From Octopus sinensis (lineage: Eukaryota), in assembly GCF_006345805.1 (NCBI RefSeq), contig NC_042999.1:12896001-12960000 (forward strand): DNA of 64,000 bases, written 5' to 3'. Below the pieces are notes generated by a model. It did not search any database. It saw only the letters and a list, made by a program, of their open reading frames with translations, and was not told where the DNA came from. Of the stretch, positions 1 to 12,957 are shown one piece after another. Made by a program: the position numbers and the translations under genes. How positions within the stretch are numbered: the first letter of the stretch is position 1; each line of letters opens with the position of its first letter.

Positions 1-619
1 TATTAGGATTAAGACAACATAATTCAATATTAACAAATTTGTTTCAGGTAAGACAAAAATAAATAATTAAGTAGAACTAATCTGTTAGAGAGGAGAAAAT
101 CGTTTTTTATTTAACAAACGAATCTTAATTATAAAATAATGCGTTTCTAATTTAAGCTGAAGGGCAGCAATTTTTAGAAGAGAGGGTTAGATGATAACAT
201 TGATCCCAGTACTTGATTGGTACTTTAATTTTATCAACCCTCAAAGGACGAAAGGCAAAGTTGACCTCAGCTGTGTGATTAAAGGGCTTGCTTTGCAACC
301 ATGTGGTTTCTGCTTCAATCTCACTGCATGCCACCTTGGGCAAGCATCTATTAAAGCCTCAGGCCAACCAATGCCTTGTGGGAGAATTTAATACACAGAA
401 GCTGTGTGTAAACTATGTGTATGTGTGAGTGCGTTTTTGTGTATTTGTCCCCACCCCTACCACATTACATAATTCCCATAATTTAACAGTTTAGCAAAGG
501 AAACAGGTAGGATAAAAACCTGGCTTAAGGAAAGTACTGATCTGTAAGATTAGAACTCTTCAAGGTGGTGCTCCAGCTTGGCCTCAGTACAATGACTCAA
601 ACAAGTAAAAGATAAAAGC

Positions 620-833
620 TTCTTTTCTACTCTAGACACAAGGCCTGAAATTTTGGGGGAAGGGGCCAGTCAATCAGATTGATCCCCTCATATGCAACTG
701 GTACTTAATTTATTGACCCCAAAATGATGATAGGCAAAGTTGACCTTGGTGAAATTTGAACTCAGAACGTAGAAGACAGACAAAATACCACTAAGCATTT
801 CACCTGTCATGCTAACATTTCTGCCAGCTCAGC
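620..833 (-). mobile_element. SINE-like dispersed repeat (family also at 29391-29590 on +; fragments near 205-300 and 43440-43560)
   Basis: Reverse complement reads gctggcagaa...gttctgagttcaaatt...gaggtcaactttgcct...aagtaccagttg...ggccttgtg, matching the + copy at 29391; B-box-like GTTCAAATT. Confidence 0.7.
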
Positions 834-1223
834 TAATCTCATTGAAGTAATTAAAAACAGATCTTTTGAAGCAGAGTATCTCAGTAACATTCATCTTATC
901 ATAGAGAACAAGTTCTACATCACTCTGAACCATTTTGATACCAACTCACTTCAAACTGTCCCTGGTTCTTTGATGCAAACTTTCCTGCTTTAAAGTAATC
1001 TAAATTAAAACCTTCCATTAAAATGTCTTGTTATGTTCTAAACACCATTTAAATATTCCTACAATTCTTGCTAATTTTGGCACAAGATCAACAGTTTTTA
1101 GCAGAGGGCTAAGTCAATCACATCAACCTGACTACTTGACTGTAGCCACTTCAACAATCCTTTAGCATTCAGATTATTGTCAAATGCAAATTTATTCACA
1201 TTGTTTTCAGTTAATCATGCATT

Positions 1224-1812
1224 GGGCAATAAACTGCACCTGCAAACACCTGTTGAGTCAATAGAAGTCATTGTCATGGCCGATGACAGTACCGCCTGAC
1301 TGGTACCCATGCCGATGGCATGTAAAAAGCACCATGCATGTGTGGTTGTGCCAGTACAGTCTGACTGGTCCTGTGCCAGTAGCACATAGAAAGTACCAAT
1401 CAAGCGTGATCATTACCAGTGCTACCTAACGGGCTCCCATGCTGGTGGCATGTAAAAAGCATCATTCGAGCATGGTCAATGCCAGTACTGCCTGACTGGT
1501 CCTGTGCCGGTGACATGTAAAAGTACCATTCAAGCGTGATTGTTACCAGTGCTGCCCGACTGGCTCCCATGCCAGTGGCACATAAAAAGTACCATTCAAG
1601 TGTGGTCGATGCCAGTGCAGCCTGACTGGCCCTCGTGTCGGTGGCACATAAAAAGCACCCACTACACTCTCGGAGTAGTTGGTGTTAGGAAAGGCATCCA
1701 GCTGTAGAAACTTTACCAGATCAGATTGGAGCCTTCTGGCTTGCCAGCCCTCAGTCAAATCATCCAACCGATGCCAGCATGGAAAGCGGATGTTAAACAA
1801 CAACGATGATGA
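1224..1812 (+). mobile_element. RTE LINE 3' UTR/tail copy with six tandem ~65-bp modules, nested in a TTAA-type MITE (MITE parts ~1153-1223 and ~1813-1940)
   Basis: Ends ...aggaaaggcatccagctgtagaa...gccagcatggaaagcggatgttaaa...gatgatgat, like the 3' end of the full-length RTE at 54243. The MITE sequence resumes after the tail. Confidence 0.8.
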
Positions 1813-2419
1813 TACATTATCTTGTAGCTATGAGATTTTGATGATATGATTGTTTATTTTTAGAATGAGACTGTAGGGTAAGAGTAAGAAGTTGGATCTG
1901 ACTGGTTTGGACATAAAACAGGCAGAGTATTGGGGCCAGACACCATTTTCATAATAAAAGGTTATTTTATTGAATTCTTCATTATCTTCAAAACTAATTG
2001 AAACAAAGGCAACATATTTCAATACAAATATGACAACAAAACAATGGTAACAAAAGGGTTAAGTATTTACTTTCTCAAGACTTCAGTGATGGGAGCAGAG
2101 TGGATGTTTTATCTGAATTATCAGATGATAAATCAAATTCCCATCCATAATTAACAATCTGATTCTGCCTATTAACAAGACCTTCTTGTCCACTCAAAGT
2201 TACTTGCAATATAGACTAGCAAGTATTATAATTCAGAGATAGGCTTGTTTCTCATCTCATTTTATTAAATGCTACCAAACCCAGTAATTAAGTCCTCAAG
2301 TGATTTATGAAAGTATTTTAAAAAACATGTTTTCCAAACAACCGGAATCCATGAAAATCAAATTCAGTGTTATACCATCTACATTCTAATGTTTATTTGT
2401 ACTATACTGACATGGGGCT

Positions 2420-3400
2420 TTAAGATACAGTACATCTCCAACAGTCTTGGTGATCTTTCCTCATCTCTTCTGAGAGACCTGGTAGCCTAAGATTGAATCT
2501 CACTACTTTGCCCTCGTCATCCTTTCATATCTTTCACAGCCTTCCACCACCAACAGCATATAACACCCTTCCACCCAGTATTTAGCATCCATTTATATTA
2601 CAGATCCACACTAGTACAGTTAGTTGTCCTTCCTACATACTTTGGCTGATGACTTTAACACATGGAACACTCCACTTAGTTCATTAGTATTCCTTTCGTG
2701 TAAGATTAGGATTTTTCATCCAACTAATTAGGCGTATCTCATTTCACTTCAGCCTCTGCAATCTTCTACATTCAATGTTTGTTTCACTACCATGCTTCAC
2801 TGTCTGCCATTGCCATCAATACAAAGAGAAGTGTCTATCCTCTATCTCCCACTCACTCGCATTACAAGCTATATATCCAATAGAAGCAAATTGCATTACC
2901 TTGGTAACAAATCATAAGCTGTACTGAGAGAGCTGTCAGAGCAGTTCACAGAGTCCACTTGATGAGTACTCCTTTTGTTAACCACTCCTATCTATCAATT
3001 ACAGCTGAAGTTTTAGTTCTCCGTTAACTTATAAAGAAATCTACGGTTCACATAAAATGAAATTTCCTTTCTCTGTTACAAACCATCTCTTTGGTCTTTG
3101 AAATTTTTAAGTTTTGCCCTTTCTACCAAAGACTATCCTTTCAGTCTTCATTAAAACTATAACTCTGATGTTATGCTAAAGGACATCACTGTCAACATAT
3201 AAAACTTCTCATGAACAACCAATCACGAGGAACTGGAAACAACAGCCTGCTAGACTTGAATATTAACTTCTTTCCGAATCTCGCTGCCAATCCTAACCTT
3301 GCCAACCTCATGTTCCAACTTGGCTTCCATGGTTCTCACAACACATTCATTGATACCTAGTTCTCTTAGGCTCAACTACATTTCAGAACAAAGGAACTGG
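2420..3400 (-). mobile_element. Highly degenerate RTE LINE RT/3' fragment
   Basis: Minus strand contains LRELGINECVV...VGKVRIGSEIRKEVNIQV-like and gcatggtagtgaaaca (HGSET) remnants homologous to the RTE ORF at 51761-54001. Confidence 0.6.
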
Positions 3401-3831
3401 TTAAAAGCATCCAGATCATTAAATATAAAAAGATTTTGTTTTTGTTTTTATAGCAAAAACCAGTTGAAATACATCTGTGGTTCAACAATCTGGCAGAAAA
3501 CCAAATGGTCGAGCTAGCTTCTGAAATGGACTGGAATGGTTAGATGAACTAATTAAGGTAGTCAGAATATTTAGTGGAATAATTAAATTAAAACTCAAAT
3601 AGGCAACATGACAGTATTATTGCTGTCTTTGTGTGACCCAACTCATGGTGTTGATGGTTCTGGGAGGTCCTTGTGCAAGCTACCTTGTTAAATGCTATCT
3701 CAGTTGCTGGGTCAAATAGACATTCTCTATATGGTTACCACTACTCATCTCAACAATCCCAGCTATAATTTCCACAATTTTGGCTGCCAAAGGTAGAAGT
3801 ATGCATGTGTACATAGGTGTGTGTGTGTGTG

Positions 3832-4100
3832 TACATGGCCTAGTGGTTAAGGTGTTGCACTCATGATCATGAGCTCATGATTTCAATTCCTGGAGCAGGT
3901 GGTGCATTGTGCTCTTCAGCAAAACATTTCATCTCTCTCTGATCATTTCAATGTTTGACCTGTGATACACCGTGCTCAGGCAATGTTGACTTACAGATGG
4001 AGAGAGTGAACTAATGTACAGCACATACATTTGATCCCTATAAACAAATCATTTTTGCAGGTCATTCAGCAAAAAATGAATGCTCATACATCATCTTCAG
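3832..4100 (+). mobile_element. tRNA-derived SINE copy (degenerate)
   Basis: Head tggcctagtggttaagg (A-box) and atttcaattcc (B-box-like), followed by a non-tRNA body. Confidence 0.55.
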
Positions 4101-5224
4101 CAGGAGATTATAATTGTATGTGCGTGTGTATAAAGTTAAAATCTGTCTCAAGCTTGTAGGCTCATTAAGCTGGAGTTTATCTCAGTTCCCAAGGTATATA
4201 AGCAACTGGGAATACAAGATGCCCCACTGAATGGGGGAAACACTCTCCCTCTCACAGCTGTTAGTGATACTGATTCTCAGGTGAGTAAAGTGAAACAACA
4301 TGAAATGAAGTGTCTTTCCCAAGGATGTAATGTACTGCCTTGCCTAAGAATTAAACCTACAACTTTACAATCATAAGTAACACTAACCACTAGGTTATCA
4401 CCACTGCAAGAGATGAGAGCCTCTATAACTTTAGCACATTTATTTGTTTCAGATGGCTGTGGCCATCTTAACAATAAAAAAAAGATATTTTAAGACTCTT
4501 GTTTGAAAGTTTTTTTTTTTCAAAAAATTAACTTTTATCTGTTATTCTTGAAAAATTTTTAAACACACCCAAGAAATGTGATCATTAGCCAAATCTTTCA
4601 CACTAAGATAGTTTTTTTCCTGAAACTTAATAGAGAAACACTAAGAATAAAGTGAAGGGGAGACTGGTGCATCAGATAAAGGAGAGGCCTTTATAATATA
4701 AGCAAAAGAGTCCCAAAGATCTGTGTATCTGGTAGATAGCTGTTGCAGTGCTATTGGTGATTGAATATCTGCCAATCAATCACATTGTGCATGGTCACTC
4801 ACTCTGAATTAAACTTTTTCACAGATCTAGTCTCTCTCTTGTATTTCCAGATTTTTCCATTTTCCAACATTCCCCAATCCCTATTTTCAAATCTTAACTC
4901 TACAACTACAGCTGAACAACACGGTTATCACAGCAACCAAATACACTGAAGCTAGGTCTACAATTCAAACTCTGACAAACCCAAGTTTATCAACGGCTCA
5001 TGTCTCTATTTGATAATTTAAATTTGAAGAAAGATTACTTCCAGAAAATTCAACTCTGGTAACAAATTTACCCAATGGAATTGCATTAATCTTCTAGTTA
5101 CCATATTTCTGTCAAAATACACTGTCTTAATTTCAGTTTTGAAAATAATGAAGAATTTAAGGACATAAATTAAGACAGAATATTTATGTTAGAGTTTAAC
5201 TGAAATCATTTTTTAAAAATTGTG

Positions 5225-5740
5225 TCAAAGGACCAGGGCAGCTTCAGACATGTTTCTAGCAAAATGGCTAAAACGGTCAAAAGCACCACAATAGTTGGAT
5301 ATTGATATGGTGACTGTTATCAGTTCTCTCATTCCTTTACCTTGAAATAATTTACTGCAAAATACAACATTAGCATATGCACAAAATTTAGGACTTTCAA
5401 GTTTCTTAGCAATGTCCATAAAAATTGCACAGCCCATTTGTGGTACTGTGTCAACCAAAAACATTCTCCCCATTCAGCCATTTTCTTCAAAATCCTTTGA
5501 TTAATTTCTTGGGCAGTCATGTTTTCTTTTCTAACCTGTTTTCCCTCATTCTGGTTTGTACAAAATATTCTTGCCTATCGCCATTATTCATATTTTGCCT
5601 TCTTTCTTGATTAACAAGTCTCATTCTTTCCCTATCAGCTTCATCATTTTTGTCATATGACTCTCTAACACACACTTCTCCCTTTCCCATGGCATGACAG
5701 ATTCTTTTTACAACACAGGAATCTATCATTAGCACTTTGA
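5225..5740 (-). pseudogene. Frameshifted coding-like fragment, possibly a decayed SGNH/GDSL esterase-type LINE ORF1
   Basis: Three overlapping minus-strand ORFs (5517-5735, 5329-5520, 5225-5473) can be chained. VLMIDSCVVKRI resembles the SGNH block I GDS motif; the other blocks match only weakly. Confidence 0.3.
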
Positions 5741-5950
5741 CAATTTAGTGTTCATATTTTACCAACGGATGTAATGCTTATTTATTCATATTACTTTCAA
5801 TTAATTATACATTATCTTGTAACTTCAAAATTTCAGTGATGTGATTATCTATTTTTGGAATAACATTGTAGTGTAGTTGTGTGAGGTCAGATCTGGCTGG
5901 TTTCAACATTAAATAGGTAGAATATTTGGGCCAGCTTAAATGCTAAAGGG
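5740..5950. mobile_element. TTAA-flanked MITE, family A (piggyBac-like)
   Basis: Ends aatgctaaaggg|ttaa; body homologous to 11711-11932 and 45100-45312. Confidence 0.65.
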
Positions 5951-7249
5951 TTAATATAATAATTGCTGATTGACACCTAATTTGAGACTTAATACTTTGA
6001 CCTATTAAAAGAAACATTAAAAAAAAAAGATAAATCAATTATAGACTGCTTTTACACAATATTCTCATGGATTAAAGAAGCTACATAGATAATTATTACG
6101 ATTTGAGCAGAGTGAAGAAACAGCTGTAAGCCAGGGGTTTCTAATAGACGAGATATAAATTGACCAATCAAGATTTAGAATAAGTTAAATCTATTTTCTG
6201 GAGGGTTTGGTCTCACAAGAAATTGTTATTAGTTGAAAAGATAACTGGATATAACCAGTTTTATCATTTTTCTACTTGTACTGCTGTTAATAATACAGAT
6301 AAAATTTTTCTAATAAATAAAATAACAATAATTTTATATATTTTATCAGTTTACTGTAGAATGGGAGAAAAAGAATAGTTCTTTTGTATCTTTATGTGAC
6401 ATAATTTCCTAATCCAGTAAATTAGAAAAAAAGAGTACATATTATACAAGAATTAGAAAAAGAGTACATATACAAGAAATAGTTTCTCATAAGGGTTAAT
6501 CATGAAGTTACAGCTTCGAACCACTTTCTTTAACCTTCATACACATACACCCAATATATTATCATCGTCATTTAATACCAGTTTTCTATGTTGGCATGGG
6601 TTGGACAGTTTGATAGGATCTGGTGAACTGCAGGGACAGATCATGCATCCACGTCCACTTTGGCTTGGTTTCTACAACTGGATAATCTTCCAACCAATTT
6701 ACAGTGTGTAGTTGGTACTTTTTAATGATCTTGCACTAATGATGGTTGTCAAGCAACTTCCAAGACAGGAAAAGAACAAGGGAAGTGGACCCCACCCTTC
6801 CTCAACTAAAATGGCGGAGGGGGTCCTTTATGCCAGGGACAACCACAGGTGTGTTGCTATGGAGAAAATATCTGACTATCGGTGCATTATATGAGGGTGG
6901 GTGGGAGTAGCTGAGGGAAAAGATAAGACAGTAGTGATGGAGTGCCACAGTAAATCTTCAAAGACAATGGATCAGGAAGGGTGGGGGCTATAAGAGTGTG
7001 AAGGGAGAATAACAGATGGTCAGAGATGGGGGTAGAGGTGAATAATAAACAGGAATGGAGGTGCAGCTTGATGGGAAATACAAGGTATGATAATTATTAA
7101 AAGAAAAAGCATTGCTAAAAGTTTGTAAAATATGTTGGTACAGTTTATATTGTTTCAACTTTTAGAAGAGAGAAAGGAAACCCATCCAGCTTGAGAAATC
7201 TAATATGTAGTGAAGCTAACACAAGTATAGAAAGCTAGTTCATCAGATT

Positions 7250-8655
7250 TATAGAATATCATGGTTACATCCATTCTTCAACTCCAATACACAAATACAA
7301 AATGTATGGAGAGACAACTTTGAAGAGCTGCTTAATCAAGGCACCACTTTTGACAGTGACATCCTAGATTTCATCCCAAAACAATTCATAAACGATTCCT
7401 TAAGCAAGTTACCAATTCTTGCTGAAATGAAAGAAACCATTGTCATCCTAAAGAACAAGGCTGCTGGGCTGGACAGGATCCCTGCTGAGATTTACAAAAT
7501 TAGCAGCAGCCTACTCCATGACCAAATATACCAACACCCCATCAAGATTTGGACCAATGAAGAGATACCATCTAACTTCAGAGATTCAGCCATCGTGAAG
7601 AGGAAGAGAGAACAATCTGAATGTGGAGATTACAGAGGAATCTCCTTGCTGGCAAGGTACTTGCTTGGATTATGAACAACTGCTTAAAATCATTAGCTGA
7701 GGAAATTCTTCTGGAGACTCAAGCGGGTTTTAGACCATCCCAGAGAACCATTGATATGATCTTCACCTCGTATTAACTCAGAAAAGTGCCATGAATAGTA
7801 CCAACCACTGTAGATGGCCTGCAATGATCTGACCAAGGCATTCGATTCTGTAAAATAACTTCTGTGGGACATTCTCTTCATCTATGGATGCCCTCCTAAG
7901 TACATCCGCATTCTAAGATTCCTCCATCATGATATATTTGCGACTGTCCTGGTCAAAAAAGGAACATCTGATCACTTCCAAGTGAAAAAGGGGGTAAAAC
8001 AGGGATGTGTTTGTCATCCTCATTGCTACCATCCTGCACATCATTAAAGAAGATCTTTCATCAGGTATCAAAATCATTTATTGAACCTAAAGGAAACTGT
8101 TCAACGTTGTCAGTCTCAAGTCCAAAACCAAAATATCAGCATCTTGAAAGCAGCCAAAACAACAAGTATTGAGGCTCACATCATCAAAAGTCAGCTGAAG
8201 TGAAGCGGGCATGTTGTTGGAATATCTGATGACCGATCCCCGAAACAGATTTTTTCTCAGCTGAAAGGAAGAAAGGAGACCAGAAGAAGAGAGCTACAGG
8301 GATCTGTTGAAGGCCAACATGAAAAAAATGTAACTGACTTCAACAACTGGGAAGAAAATGCAAATGATGCAAACCTCTGGAGATCCCTCATCCGTGAAGG
8401 AACAACTACATTCGAGACAAACGTGAAGAACTAGAAGAATAAGCAAAGAAAGAGCAGTAAGGTGCAACTGCCACCCAGACCAGATCTCCACCCCACCGAG
8501 GAAGAACAACTTGCCCAACAATGCAGAAAATGCTTCAAAGCCCAAATTGGACTCATCAACCATCTTAGAGTGATTCAACAACCCAACATGGACTAGAAAG
8601 AAGACTATCATCCCTGAAGAAAGACAGAGAGCCATGACAACAACAACAACAACAG
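7250..8655 (+). mobile_element. Degenerate 5'-truncated RTE LINE (BovB-like) with (CAA)n tail
   Basis: KAAGLDRIPAEIYK, GDYRGISLL, GFRPSQRTIDMIF, DLTKAFDS and GVKQGC remnants across frames; tail caacaacaacaac at ~8638-8654. Confidence 0.8.
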
Positions 8656-8949
8656 TCATTTTTGAAATATTATTGATTGGGTTTACTGGATTTCAACTGC
8701 ATAGGGGGACTAGACATTACACCATCCCAGGGGATCCATTGATATGACTATACATTACACCCCTGTGAGTATCACAAAATTATCCCAAAAACTGTTACTC
8801 AGAGTTTCATGCTCCCATTTGTCAGTTGTGATAAAAACTGAATTAAAGTTGTGATGGTACATATAATATAGTGTGATGGAGTTCATGTACATGAATAAGC
8901 TGAGATATTCAACCACCCAATCAAATTTAAATAAAAGTATATATATACA

Positions 8950-9356
8950 GGCGCAGGAGTGGCTGTGTGGTAACTACCTTGCATACCAACCACATGGTTC
9001 TGGGTTCAGTCCCACTGTGTGGCACCTTGGGCAAGTGTCTTCTACTATAGCCTCAGGCTGACCAAAGCCTTGTGAGTGGATTTGATAGACGGAAACTGAA
9101 AGAAGCCCATCGTATATATGTACATGTATATATATATATGTGTGTGTGTGTGTTTGTGTTTGTCCCCTCAACATCGCTTGACAACCGATGCCGGTGTGTT
9201 TACATCCCCGTAACTTAGCGGTTCGGCATAAGAGACCGGTAGAATAAGTACTAGGTTAACAAAGAATAAGTCCTGGGATCGATTTGTTCAACTAAAGGTG
9301 ATGCTCCAGCATGGCCGCAGTCAAATGACTGAAACAAATAAAAGAGTAAAGAGAGT
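8950..9356 (+). mobile_element. Full-length tRNA-derived SINE with central (TA)/(TG)n and (AAAGAGT)-type tail
   Basis: A-box TGGCTGTGTGG (8960-8970), B-box GGTTCAGTCCC (9003-9013); related copy at ~40753-41135. Confidence 0.85.
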
Positions 9357-10080
9357 ATAGAGAGAGGTAGGCATAATGAATGAAAGTGGACTGCTGGCTA
9401 TGGAGATAGGAAATATTTACAATGTAGCAAGCTTTAACATTTTGCCAGGTAAAACAGCCAGAAACAATTTAATAAGAATCAATCAATCTGACATATTTTC
9501 CAATGGACACTTTTAAGGAAATCTAAGCATTTTGCTGTAAATTAAATTGTGCAATTATTAGCCATATCAAGTTCAATTACTTTTCTTATGTAATTCTATT
9601 AGCTTTTTTTTTTATTTTTCCTATCAAAACTGACATAATTTTGTGCTGATAGGTATTTTTAAAACCCTTTTAGGTAAATAATATTAAGAATTAAAAATAT
9701 TAGCGCCAAATACCCATTAAAATCTTATCAAGTAAATAATGGTCAATCTGAAGCAGTTTATAGAATTGGTTGAAAAGATACATCTAGAATGACAAAAGAA
9801 GTGACTTAAAACAAGTCTACATTAGATACAAGAATTTTATCCATTGTATCATTTGTACTAACTCAACCATGGTGATATGATAATAATTCTTAAGAATTTC
9901 ACTCATATCATACAACATAAAGAAGTCTTATCATATTGGAACATCAGCCCACTCACTCTCACTTACTGTGAAAGCTGTTTTAATAGTTTTGTTACCATAA
10001 TTTCTGTTAAAATTCACTTCTGTTGTCTCAATGAAGTCAGAAAATAATGAAGAATTTACTAAAATAACATTTTACAGTCA

Positions 10081-10510
10081 CAGGCATGGCTGTGTAGTAA
10101 GAAATTTACTTCCCAATTGCATGGCTTGAGGTTCAGTCCCATTGTATGGTACACTGGGGAAGTGCCATCTGTTATAGCCCTGGGCCAACCAAAGTCTTGT
10201 GAGTGGATTTGTCACATAGAAACTGAAAGAAGCCTATTGTGTGTGTGTGTGTGTGTGTATGCGTATGTGTGTGTGTATGCGTGTATGCATGTGTGTGTCA
10301 GTCAGTCTCCTTACCTTCATTTCACATGACATTTGTAAACAAGTGCCACCACCATGCAAAGAATGCCCATTTCCAATCTTTTGTAAAAACCGTTGCTTTG
10401 AAATGGAAGAAGGTTGATGAGAGGAAGGGCATCTGGCCAGAAATAAGTAAACTTGAACAAATTCCATCCGACCCATAAGAACATTAGATGAAACTTCCTT
10501 TTTGATGATG
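10081..10510 (+). mobile_element. tRNA-derived SINE with the same head but an RTE-like (GAT)n tail
   Basis: Head as at 8950; the 3' part carries gaggaagggcatc...gatgatg. Related copies at ~15262-15690 (-), 27630-28010 (+), 42280-42630 (+), 49600-49945 (-). Confidence 0.7.
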
Positions 10511-10927
10511 AAGCTAGTCTTTGGAATATAACAAGAACTTTTGATGGCAGGTTTTAATTTTGATCACTTTAAACAAGGAGTTGCAATCATAGGACTAGGG
10601 ATAGTCTGAAGTGGTTGGTATCAAAAGAGTAAAGACTAATACAACACCCCTAGGAATAGTATCTGGTCCTGCCTCTGAACAACACTTGCCTCAGCTTATT
10701 GATAAATACGAGCAATAAAAAAAAAACGTTTTCCATTTATGAGATGACTAACAGATAAATTTTATTTTTTTTAATTATGCTCGATGGAAATAACTGGGTT
10801 CTTATTAATATTAGATTCCTTGGGTTGTCACAAGGATAGGGGGAAAGATTATTGCACTGCTTCAGTGTATTACAAATACATGTCCAGGATGAAGAGGAAA
10901 ATTAATCCAGAAGGATCTGGACAGAAT

Positions 10928-11640
10928 ATCATCATCATTTAACCATCCATGTTGGCATGGATGAGATGAGTTGACAGAATCTAACGTTTCCCAAAGAGTG
11001 CCTCATGCTCCTCTGACTGCTTTCACCTGGTTTCTACAGCTGGATATTCTTCCTAACACCAATCACTTTATACAGTATGGTGGGTGCTTTTTTTCATGCC
11101 ACCAGCACCAGTGAAGTCAGTTAGCAAATGAGGGGATAAAGTATGAGAGAAGGGGCCTGAGCAGGTCAGATTTTTTTGCTGTAGAGGAGCCACATAACTA
11201 CTTACAATTAAGAAGAGTGTGGAGCTGATTGAGCAGGGCAGGGAAGAGATAAAAGTTGTGGTAAGGAAGTATCTGTGATGACCCTCAAGAGTAGAAATGA
11301 GCGGGGTGGGGGGATGAAGGAAGTAGGAATGTGGGGAATGGGTGAGAGAAGGAGTGGTAAGAGATGCCTGTAAAGATATGGTAAGGTTGAAGGGTGGATA
11401 TAGTGAAAGGGGTGGGGATAGCCATTGATGCAGAAGTTGGAGGAGATAGGATGAGTAAAAGATGGCTGACAGTGTAGAGGGAGAAAAAAGAGGCTAATAG
11501 CAGAAAAGTAATGATGATATAGTAGATAGTGGGTGAAGAAAGGAGAAATAGGATGCAGTTGAGTGAGAGAGAGAAAAAGAGGCAGGCACAGTGAGTGAGA
11601 GTAATGTGGTGACGGAGGGTGAGAGGGAGGATATGCATCT
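10928..11640 (-). mobile_element. Non-autonomous RTE-tailed element with pyrimidine-rich 5' body
   Basis: RTE-type tail (catcatcattt...ggtttctacagctggat) joined to a long plus-strand purine-rich tract. Same layout at ~6565-7090, 15998-16430, 29935-30360 and 61335-62255. Confidence 0.6.
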
Positions 11641-11710
11641 ATAAAACTAAACACTGTAAGATATTTAATCTGGTGCTTAATGGTTTTTGCCAAATCTCTC
11701 TTAACCTTAA

Positions 11711-11932
11711 CCTATTAGAATTCAGATTATCCTGTCAAATTTAATCCTTATTTATTCACATTGTTTTGAATTAATCACGTATTATCTTGTAGCTTTCAGA
11801 TTTTGATAATGTGGTTGTTTATTTTTAGAATAACATTGGAGAGTAGGTTTGAGAGGTTTGATCTGGTCAGTTTCAACATAAAACAGGTAGAATAAATTTT
11901 GGTTGGATATGGTTGGTTTGAATACTAAAGGG
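11711..11932. mobile_element. TTAA-type MITE, family A
   Basis: ttaa|cctattagaattcag...aatactaaaggg; homologous to 45100-45312. Confidence 0.65.
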
Positions 11933-12777
11933 TCATCTTGTGTTAATATCAACAAAATAAAATAAAAACTCTGAGTACGAGTCAATGTCAGAGCATCAGA
12001 ATATTTAATTCTATGTAGTGATTTCAAATCTCACTAGTGTTGACAAAAATTCCCCACAGTACAACATGAGAGCGTAAAGTATAACTTTCCCGAATGAAAA
12101 TCCGGCTTTGAAAGAAATCAATGAAATGAATAGATGGACAGCTACACTGACTTCTTATCTAAGCCATAAATAAAGTGATGACAGCAAATCAACAAGCAAC
12201 TATTTTTTGCTTATTATCTCAGCTCCAGATGGTTTTGTTTCCACAGATGAATCATAATGACAGTAGTTGTAGACATGATTTTACAAAAGATAAAATAAAC
12301 TTTAATGGTTTTCATCAAAGGCTTAGATAATTGAAAGGAGGTATACTAAGTATTAGAGGGGACCCTCTAGTCTCGTTGAAAACAACTTCCCTAATAGGAG
12401 AGGGGAGTGATAAAATGCCACACAGTTCATCAGTGGATTTATATGTAAGCCTAGGGTCTCAAACTTCAAAGGGCCTCTAGCCAAGGTGTAGATTATTTTT
12501 GACACTGTCATAGACCTTTTGGGAAGGGCTTCACAAGGGGAACAGCGTAGGGCCTTTGTCAAAGTTCATCACTGCAGTTGGTACTGTAAAGTGGTTGGAG
12601 ATACAAAGGGTATTCACCTGTAAAACCAATGTCTCATGGTAAGGTGTCACTTAAATTTACCAGCTATTTCTAGCAGGTAAACTAACGACATAGCTATGTC
12701 CTTACTGGATTTTCTTGATGGCATTAACAAGTTTCTCTTCTCATGACTGTCAGATAGATGGTAAGAGCTTAGAGATA

Positions 12778-12788
12778 AGATATATATA

Positions 12789-12846
<58 letters not shown>
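12778..12846. repeat. (TA)n microsatellite
   Basis: Directly visible. Confidence 0.95.
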
Positions 12847-12847
<1 letters not shown>

Positions 12848-12957
12848 TTTTTTAAAGAGTGAGAGAGAGCAGCTTTCACCAAATTATAATAATTTTCTGC
12901 TTGTCTCTGTCTGTCTTTCCTGTGTGATATGCTTATGTCATCGAGTAAAGTTATAAG

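Noticed and set aside
1277-1659. CRISPR-like regularly spaced repeats
   Set aside because: Eukaryotic context; the units are degenerate whole-module duplications within a LINE tail, with no unique spacers and no cas genes.
8294-8659. Hydrophobic 121-aa minus-strand ORF (also 11208-11693, 55418-55696, 61713-62081)
   Set aside because: Antisense shadows of LINE sequence or skewed purine tracts, not membrane-protein genes.
8950-9020. tRNA gene
   Set aside because: A and B boxes are present, but there is no cloverleaf or terminator, and the head runs into a SINE body repeated many times in the window.
10234-10478. Short ORFs rich in CV/HT/IY repeats (also 13479, 14582, 21644, 50204, 59171)
   Set aside because: These are translations of microsatellites and SINE bodies.
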